Assembly: GCF_000142905.1 (NCBI RefSeq)
Contig: NW_013657671.1
Span: forward strand, 546,465 to 584,593
Reading direction: 5' to 3'
Origin: Thecamonas trahens ATCC 50062
Lineage: Eukaryota > Protista > Apusomonadida
DNA length: 38,129 nucleotides
Part shown: positions 30,672-38,129 of the stretch, in pieces
Layout of the letters: each line of letters begins with the position of its first letter
Numbering within the stretch: position 1 is the first letter of the stretch
Position numbers and translations under genes: made by a program
The notes under the pieces: model-generated
The model's input: only the letters and a program-made list of their open reading frames with translations
Told to the model about the DNA's origin: nothing
Databases searched by the model: none

Positions 30672-33479
30672 ATGCGAGGGACACGGCCTCGGGTTGTGGT
30701 CTCGCGAGTACAACCAGAGCAAGCAGCAGTGGGTACGTGGTCACGAGGGTGATTTTTGTAGGGGTAGGGTGGACGGGGAGGGGGAGGGAACGTGGAGGAA
30801 GTGTGCCGTGTTGGGGGGGGAGGGAAGGGGGGAGGAACAGAGCCGTGTTCGACGACCTCAGCGCACACAGCGGGTTGAGAGGTCAGCGCACACGGGGGGA
30901 GGAGGGAGGGGAGGGGTGGGGAACTTATATTTGTGTTTGTCTTTGTATGGGGGGTGCGGGACGTGTACGGGGTTTGTGGTTTGGGGGTATGTCGGTCTGA
31001 CTGCGGCTGGTGGGCTAGACGGGTTGGCTGGCGTAGGCCAACGAGGCCGAGCGCGTCATGGAGAACAACAGATGCAGGCCAAAGTCGGGCCAGGCAGCGG
31101 GAGGAGGGCGAGTAGTGGTGTGGATGAGGAGACTATGAGCGAGTGGAGCAAGGTCGGCTGTGGCGCGGAGGCGTGGGATGGATCGGATGGAAGCCTGCCG
31201 CTGGATGCGGATGCCGGAGCCGGTGAGCAGATGCGGAGCTTGCCCAACTCGCCGACGGCGCGGCCCGACGACGGAATGGCACAAGCACCAGAGGGCAGAA
31301 TGCGGCAGCTTGCAGTACCAGACGGCGGGCTCGTCCACAAGAGCCACCGACGGGTGGCAGACGACCTGTCGCCAGCGACTACGGCGTCGTCGATGACATC
31401 GTCGGAGATGACCGGGTCAATGTCAACTAGCTCCAACTCGGGAGTGATACTGACGCGGAGCTCGGACTCGTGCGACGAAGACGCGTGCTCGTCAGGCGGC
31501 GGCGAGCTGCATGTGGAGGTGAAGGCGTCGGGGTCACCCAAGGGAGTGAGCCGACTGGCACTCCGCGCACTGTCGACGTCTGTGAGCTCGCTTGACTCGC
31601 CGGCGACGACGCCCGGGTCAAGCTCGCCGAGCGAGCGGATGCCGTCGTGGAGGCGGCGTCCGCCGTCGGTGCTAACGCCTACGTTTGCGTCGACACTGCC
31701 AGATGGGACGATGATGGCGGATGGGGTACTGATCGACTGCAACAACAATGTGTGTTTGTCAGACGGTGGATTTGTGTACTACGAGCCGCAGACGCGGCGG
31801 CTGCATGCGCTGCTCTCGCCGTCGATGAGCAAGCGTGTACAGAGCCGGATGATGCGGCGGGCGCGGAAGCAGCTTCTCGAGAGGCTGCCGGCGGGCGAGC
31901 GTGCGTCTGTGGAGGTTGTTCACGACGTCGGGCTCGGGCACGCCGACGTGTTTGGCAGCAAGGGCGAGGGTGGGAGGATTAAGGAACTCGGGTCGGGAGC
32001 GTTTGGCACGGTGGCGCTGTACCGGGCTGCGGCGGATGACACGCTGGTGGCCGTCAAGCGGATGCGGCTCGAGTACGACGTACGGAACCAGCACGTGTCG
32101 CGGCGGATTCTGACCGAGTGCAAGCTTTTGCATGCGACGTCGTCGGTGTCCAAGGACATTGTCAAGTTCCGTGGCGCGTTTGTGGTGCAACACGGCATGT
32201 ATCTGCGGCTGTATCTGTGCATGGAGTACATGGACCTCGGGTCGCTGGCAAGCGTGCGCAAAAAATGGGGACCTGTGCCGGAAGGCCCACTGGCTGACAT
32301 GGCAGCGATGCTCCTCCGCGGGCTGCGGTATCTGCAGACGGCGTGTGTGATGCACCGCGACCTGCGGCCGGAGAACGTGCTGCTCAACACGGGCGGGCGG
32401 GCGAAGGTGGCGGACCTTGGGCATGCCAAGTCGCTCGAGAGCGAGAGCGGCAAGCTCTCTGCGCACTCCAAGGGAGTGATTGAGCTCTCGTTGCCCGAGC
32501 CGGAGCGAGCGCGGCGCGGTCTTGTGCCGCTGGCGCACTCGCCGATCGGCAACAAGCTGTACATGGCGCCGGAGCGGCTCGACACGCGGCGGCGGGTGTC
32601 GGACTCTGAGCTGCAAGTGTACGACGAAAAGTGTGACATCTGGTCGCTCGGACTGGTGCTGCGCGTGGCAGCGATGGCCAGCGATGGGTACCCGTACGAC
32701 GTGTCGGAGGCCAAGACGCACCTCGACGTGGCACAGCTTATTGTTGAGTCGTCCGCGCCTCGGATGCCGCGCGACGTCGGGCTAACCCGCGACTTTTGCG
32801 ACTTTGTGGACGCATGTATGGCCAAGGACCCGCGGCACGTCCGTCTGCGGTCCAGCTGTTCGACATGCCATTCATGCTCCACGCCGTCGAGTCGAACGGG
32901 TCACGGCTGCGGCTGTGGACGACCAACATGTTGCAGCGTGACGCGATCGAGCGGGCACGGATGGCGGTCCTGTATCCCGATGACGAGGCGTACGGGCACC
33001 CGACGCCGCTGGACACGACGCGGTCAGACACGTCGGCTTTGATGGCGATGTGGTCGCCGCTTGTCTCGCCGATCCGCACCCCACCGTCGGAGCGCGGCCT
33101 GGTGCACTCTGCGGAAAACTCGCTCGACGACGTGGCGGTCGTCCACTATGACAATGCTTTCCCGCCGATGGACGCGACGACGACGACGGCGACGACGCAC
33201 TCATCCGGGTCAGCGACGCCAACGCAATCGAACTCGACCGGCATCGACCTTGCATACATCGAGACGCTGTTGACCTCGCCGCGGCGGTTGCGTCCGGTCT
33301 CGGAGCGTGACGTGGTGGTGGCGACCAATGACGTGTGGGCGGAGCAGGCGGAGGCAGCGCGGCGGATGCCGTCGCGGCGGCATGGCAAGCGAACGTCGAT
33401 CAAGTCACCAAGTCGGACGCTGCGGCGGAACCAGGGCACTTTTCCGGTGTTCTGGTCGAAGCAGGGACGGAAGCGTTAG
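30672..33479 (+). CDS. STE7/MAP2K-like protein kinase with long Ser-rich N-terminus; probable join(30672..30732,31037..33479) with a -1 frameshift at ~32830
   Basis: ELGSGAFGTV, VAVK, IVKFRGAF, LCMEYMDLGSL, HRDLRPENVLLN, ADLG, YMAPERL, Y..KCDIWSLG, F.DFV..CM.KDP|.ARPSA.QL...PF. Intron GTACGT(30733)...CTGAC...TAG(31036). Start uncertain (30612, 30672 or 31072). Confidence 0.85.
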
Positions 33480-33494
33480 GTCGCAGCAGGACCC

Positions 33495-34802
33495 TCACTT
33501 GCGGGAACTCGGTCGAGCGGCGAGGTAGAGCGTGCGGCGGAGGAGGATCACAGTCTCGTCCAACTCTGCGAGGTCAAAGCTTCCGCGCGTCTCGTCGTAG
33601 TCCATGGATAGGTTAACAACTTGCGATGAGAGACGTGTCTGCAGCTTGCGTGAGAGGAGGCGGTAGAGCGGAGCCTTGATGCGCGGCGACGGCGCGGATG
33701 AGGACGATGACGACGACGATGACGACGACGACAAGTCTGAAAGGCAAACGTGGCGAGACGGAATGTCGCGCGGAAGGTAAAGAAAGTCGTAGATGGCAGC
33801 AAGGGTAGCGTATCGAGTCGAGCGTGGCTTGCGGCGGTAGGAACAGACGCGGACGTCGCGGGGCGCATCGGCGACAAGGCGACGCATGGCGGCGGTCGAC
33901 TTTCGGTAGACGCGGGCAAGCTTGTTCGCAGCGTCGCAGGTCTTCCGCAGCCATCGCGAGGCGGGCAAGTCGGCAAGCGCATCGCATAGGGCAGGGAGCA
34001 CAATCTCGGCATCGAAGCGTCCGCGAAACTCTATGGCATCTGAACAGTACTTGGAGGGGCAGGTCGGCAGCTCGAGAGGGGCCGACGCGTAGGCGATGCC
34101 GAGCAGATCGACAAGCGGCGGATGGATACAGAGCTCGAATGGGGGAAGTAGCGGGACGCCGCAGTATTCAGTGACAGCGTGGCGGCGGGTGCCGAGCGGG
34201 TGGCGGTTCGACATGCGGTCGATAACAATGGTGTAGTTGGGCCGGCCGGAGGCTAGGAGCGTGTCCGGTAAGTTCATAGCGCCGGTCTGGCCAACCTCTT
34301 CGTACATGGAGAAGAGAACAAAGAGGCGAAGCGGTGGCGACCGCCTCGACGACAAGTCACAGGCCTCGCTTGCCTCGGAAAGGCCAGCGAGAAGACCAAG
34401 GATGGCCGCAAGTCCGGTTTTGTCGTCGAGACCAGCCTCGCCGCGCGGGAGCTCGAGCCTGGTGCCATCGTCGTCGAGCCGGGCAGCGCGGCAGCCAGCC
34501 TTGGTCAAGACGTCCGAATCAGTGTGGGCCACAAGAAGGACGGAGACTCGCGAGGCCCGCGGGGTGAGGTCAGCAAGGAACGGAGCAGCCCATGTGGCAA
34601 GGTCGGGGCACGCCAGGAGCGAGCCGACAAGGCGAGAAGGGACACGGAGCCACACGCCGTGGTCTGGGTCGTACGAGGCGTGGTCGGCAAGACCGAGGTT
34701 GTCGAGAGCGGCAAGGAGAGCGCCAACCAGGACCTGCTCGCCACCGGTGGGGTTGGGAATAGAAGCTAGGGTGGCCAGGTAGGCGGCGGCGGCGGTGGCC
34801 AT
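33495..34802 (-). CDS. M28/M20/M42-clan zinc-peptidase-like protein
   Basis: LLVAHTD (HxD), AGLDDKTG, FS.YEEVG..GA, IVIDR, SD, VNLS in clan-MH order. Likely start MATAAAAYL at 34802; no introns. Confidence 0.7.
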   Translation of the reverse strand: MATAAAAYLATLASIPNPTGGEQVLVGALLAALDNLGLADHASYDPDHGVWLRVPSRLVGSLLACPDLATWAAPFLADLTPRASRVSVLLVAHTDSDVLTKAGCRAARLDDDGTRLELPRGEAGLDDKTGLAAILGLLAGLSEASEACDLSSRRSPPLRLFVLFSMYEEVGQTGAMNLPDTLLASGRPNYTIVIDRMSNRHPLGTRRHAVTEYCGVPLLPPFELCIHPPLVDLLGIAYASAPLELPTCPSKYCSDAIEFRGRFDAEIVLPALCDALADLPASRWLRKTCDAANKLARVYRKSTAAMRRLVADAPRDVRVCSYRRKPRSTRYATLAAIYDFLYLPRDIPSRHVCLSDLSSSSSSSSSSSSAPSPRIKAPLYRLLSRKLQTRLSSQVVNLSMDYDETRGSFDLAELDETVILLRRTLYLAARPSSRK

Positions 34803-35076
34803 GGCCGGGGAGGTGCCAGCGGAGTGTGCGGGTACGACAGTCAGAAAGCCGATTCGGCCTGCCCGGTCGCTCGTCTGGGCTGTCGCTTTCTTCGGCCCGC
34901 CCGGAAGCGATGCGGTGCCGATGGTGATACGCAGTAGCTGGCTTGTTTGCGATGCATGGATCAATCATACGTCTCCCTCGTCACATCCCTCTACTCCTCC
35001 CTCTCTCTACTCAGCAGTCGCAGCCTCGTCCTCAGCCACGGTCACCGCCTCGGGTCGTCCTCCGCCATCGCAACCA

Positions 35077-35342
35077 TGAGCGCCGCCGCCTCAACCATCA
35101 CTCCCATCGCCAGCCATCGCCATCCCCCATCCCCGTCACTATCCTCAGCATCAGCATCAGCATTATCACTAACCTGGACATCGCCGCCTCGGATTGGGCT
35201 TCCTCTTCTCCCGCAGCAGCAGCAGCAGCAAGGCGCCCATGCCGGCGAGTGGCTGAGCGACGAGCGGCTGGCCGTGACTCGATCGCTCGCTGCTCGACTC
35301 GGCCTCGGCTCAAAGCAGCAGCGTTGGCTACAGCAGCCATAG
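35077..35342 (+). CDS. Possible small hypothetical protein (poly-Q)
   Basis: Short ORF MSAAASTITP...PQQQQQQGAHAGEWLSDERLAVTRSLAARLGLGSKQQRWLQQP, divergent from the peptidase gene; no recognisable domain. Confidence 0.25.
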
Positions 35343-35439
35343 CCATCACAACCATCTCACTCCAGCCATCTACACCCACTCACCTCCATTTCCTGTGACC
35401 ACACCAGCCACTCCCCCTGTATAGCCAGCAACAGGTCGT

Positions 35440-38129
35440 GCTGGGCTTGATCTAGCTTGATCTGGCTTGGCTGTGAGTGGTTGAGCGGGCGGGCGAGCGG
35501 GCGGCGAGTTGCTGGCCAGTGAGCAGTCGATAGGAGACGATGACACGGGTAACAGGACTCAAGATCGGGCGGCAGACTACTGCAGTCTTAACTACCACTG
35601 CACCCTCTATCTCTTCTCCCTCGCCCTCCTTCCCTTGCCCTGTACAGCCCACTGGCCTTGTCTGTCCTGGCGGTCCTCCGGCCAGCAGCTGGGTTGGTTG
35701 ACAGGTGGGCTGGGGCAGGATGGGCAAGGCGGGGAGAAGAAGGGGAGAAGGAGGTAGGGTATGGGACTGATAGTCATTGCCACCTGTCTCACTATCCACG
35801 GGTAAATCATACAATACTCGTGTTCTGCCTATCCTGATCGGGGTTGTGCCGGCGGTGGACGGGTCGGCTTGGGCGGCGATCGGTGGTGAGCAGCAGGCGG
35901 TCGGCAGCGATGCTGTCGACGGGATGGCGTCGGCTGATGTGCGTATCGGCGGGCAGGGAGTGGGTGGCTATGTTTGCAGGGGTGGTGCGTATGTGTGGTG
36001 TGGGTGTCGTGGTTGTGGGTGGAGATGATAGGGAGTGGGGGTCGTAGATGGGCCCGGGGCGGGGTGGTCAGCAGCATCGAAACGACACCAGGACAACAAG
36101 TTGGGCCTGAGCCGGCAGAACTCGGATTCCGGAATACTGCAGCTGTGGATTGGAGACAATGCATGGAGGTAGTATGTGTCTGTGGTAGGGTAGTAGTAAA
36201 ATCAGATTGGCCAAATCTTGCAATGAGTGTGGTGGGGGGCGTGTGCGGGGTCGGGCGGTCGAGGACGTGCTCAACCACCTAGGCAAAACAAGTCTACGCG
36301 CAAGGGAGCCGAGGTCGATGGGTATCGCTGATAGCGATAATGGTACTGGTGATAGTGTGGGGTGTGTGATGACATTGGGTGAGGTTGTGGGTAGCGTAGC
36401 TGGTAGTAGAAAGGAGCTAGGTGGTGATGAAGGTGGGCTGAACGGGCGAGCGGGCGGCGGCTGGCGGCTGGTGGTCGGCGAGGAGGGGACAGCTGAGGGG
36501 GCGTGATCGGGGCTGGGTGGCCCGGGATTGCTGTTGGCTGGACAATGGACAGAAAAACACGTGATGGTTGAGGGGTGGCAGTGTCGGGGTCGGGGATAAG
36601 GATGAGGGTGAGCTGGAGCGGGGAGAGGAGGAGGATGAGAAGGAAGAGGAAGCGGGGTGCGCGATGGGATGGTGGTGGGCGTGGCCATGGCAAGGGGTGG
36701 TGGTTGCGGCTAGGATGATAGTGATGGTGGTGGGTAGGGGTGGGGTGGTGGTTGGTGGTGACGGGTGGTAATGAGTATGGTAGGGGGGATGAGGGGGTCG
36801 TGACGTAGGGTCGTGACGGGCGAAATGGCAGTAGGAATGGCGATTGGGCTTGAGCATTGATGAAGGTGGGTATGATACGGCTGATGGATGTGTGTGGGGT
36901 GTGGTTGATGAGAGTGGAGCGGCTTGGGCGGCAGGAGGAGGAGGGCGGACGGGATTGAATTGAGATGGACGTCGATGGAGACGAGAGCTTGGGATTGGAC
37001 GACGAGGCAGACCACTGCACTCTGGCCCACCACTGCATTGAATATCGCTCGCCCTTGCCCTCTCTTGTTCTTCCTCGTCTTGGCCAGCCCGGTGGTCTCA
37101 TCGTCTGGCTCGGTGATCGGCAGTTGGGGCGGCTGGCGACGAGCAGGCCGGCGCGGGCTTTGACGGGCAAGGCCGGAGGAGGGAGGGTGACGGGCAAGGC
37201 CGGAGGAGGGAGGGAAGAAGTGGGTTGGAGAGCAAACTGGTAGGCATTGCCAATGATCTGGCTCTCCGTATGCATAGCCTCCGATGCTCCGTCGATGGCT
37301 AGCGTGCTCTCGGTGGTGCCGGCGGTGGTCGGTTGGCGGCGGGCGGCGGTCGGCGGCGAGCAGCAGGCGACGGACAGCCATGCTGTTGACGGGATGGTGT
37401 CGGCCGATGTAGATATCGGGGAGCAGAGAGTGAGTGGATACGTTTGCAGGTGTAGTGCGTATGTGTAGTGTGGGTGTGGTGGTTGTGGGTGGACAGGTTC
37501 GGGAGTGGGGGTCGGAGATGGGCCCGGGGAGGAGGGGTCAGCACCTTCGAAACGACACCAGGCCAACAAGTTGGGCCCGAGCCGGCGGAACTCGGATTCT
37601 GGAATACAGCAGTTGTAGATTGGAGACTATGCCTGGGGGTAGTGTGGGCATGTAGTAGGGTAGTAGTGAAATCAGATTGGCCATATCTTGCAATGTGTGT
37701 GGTGGGGGACGTGTGCGGGGTGGGGCGGTCGAGGGCGTGCTCAACCGACTAGGCAAAACAAGTCTACGCGGAAATGAGCCGAGGAAGATGGGTGTCGATG
37801 ACAGCGATATTGGTACTGGAGCTAGTGTGTGGCGAGTGATGACCTTGGGTGTATTCGTGGGTTGTGTAGCTGGCAGTGGGTGGGAGCTACGTGGTGATGA
37901 AGGTGGGCTGGCAGGGCGAGCGGGCGGCGGCTGACGGCTGGTGGTCGACGAGGCAGGGGCAGCAGAGGGAGCTGGGTCGTGGCTGGGTAGCCCGGGATTG
38001 GTATTGGTTGGACAATGGGTAGTATGGCTTGTGATGGTTGAGGGGTATGGGAGTCAGGGTCGGGGATGGGGAGTGGGGGTGAGATGGAGCGGGGAGAGGA
38101 GGCGGAGGAGGAGGAAGAGGAAGCGGAAT
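35440..38129. repeat. Diverged tandem duplication, unit ~1.47 kb, G/T-skewed, running off the window
   Basis: AGGCAAAACAAGTCTACGCG at 36281 and 37751 (offset 1470). 36061-36300 vs 37531-37770 align without gaps with 27 mismatches by manual count (~89%). Weaker similarity at ~35570 vs ~37005. Confidence 0.9.

Noticed and set aside
11183-32831. Programmed -1 frameshifting or pseudogenisation in ATE1 (~11184, ~11520), H2B (~23215) and the kinase (~32830)
   Set aside because: Three of the four (11184, 23215, 32830) are each fixed by adding one base to a short homopolymer (AAA, CCCCC, CCC); the ~11520 site is less precisely placed but lies by a G run. None has a clear X XXY YYZ slippery site. The same defect occurs at ~7375, where sister repeats have the extra C. 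This pattern points to sequencing error; raw reads would settle it.
36271-37569. 432-aa minus-strand mucin-like ORF
   Set aside because: No ATG start, interrupted by a stop in the sister repeat copy, and no synonymous bias between copies.

Overview
Compact, GC-rich, intron-poor eukaryotic (protist) nuclear DNA from a draft assembly with five N-gaps and several single-base frameshifts at homopolymers. Mitochondrial-type FtsZ together with opisthokont-like genes suggests an apusomonad such as Thecamonas; this is an inference, not a database result. In order: the 3' 10.7 kb of a giant Calx-beta tandem-repeat single-pass membrane protein; arginyl-tRNA protein transferase (ATE1); a spliced AP1AR/Gadkin-like gene; a dual-specificity phosphatase; a secreted vanin-like nitrilase; a spliced Lys-rich protein with an acidic tail (H1-like); a Ser-rich hypothetical protein; PP2A B''gamma; a secreted C45/phospholipase-B-like Ntn hydrolase; a divergent H2B-H2A pair; mitochondrial FtsZ; transportin-1; thymidine kinase; an atypical MAP2K-like kinase; an M28-like peptidase; and a diverged ~1.47-kb tandem duplication. 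The best finding is that H2A and H2B carry the same bipartite 3' element about 60 nt after their stop codons: a histone-type stem-loop, plus a second conserved block with a purine-rich start 15-17 nt further downstream. This is the layout of the metazoan SLBP/U7 histone 3'-processing signal, here in a unicellular eukaryote and on an H2A that contains an intron.
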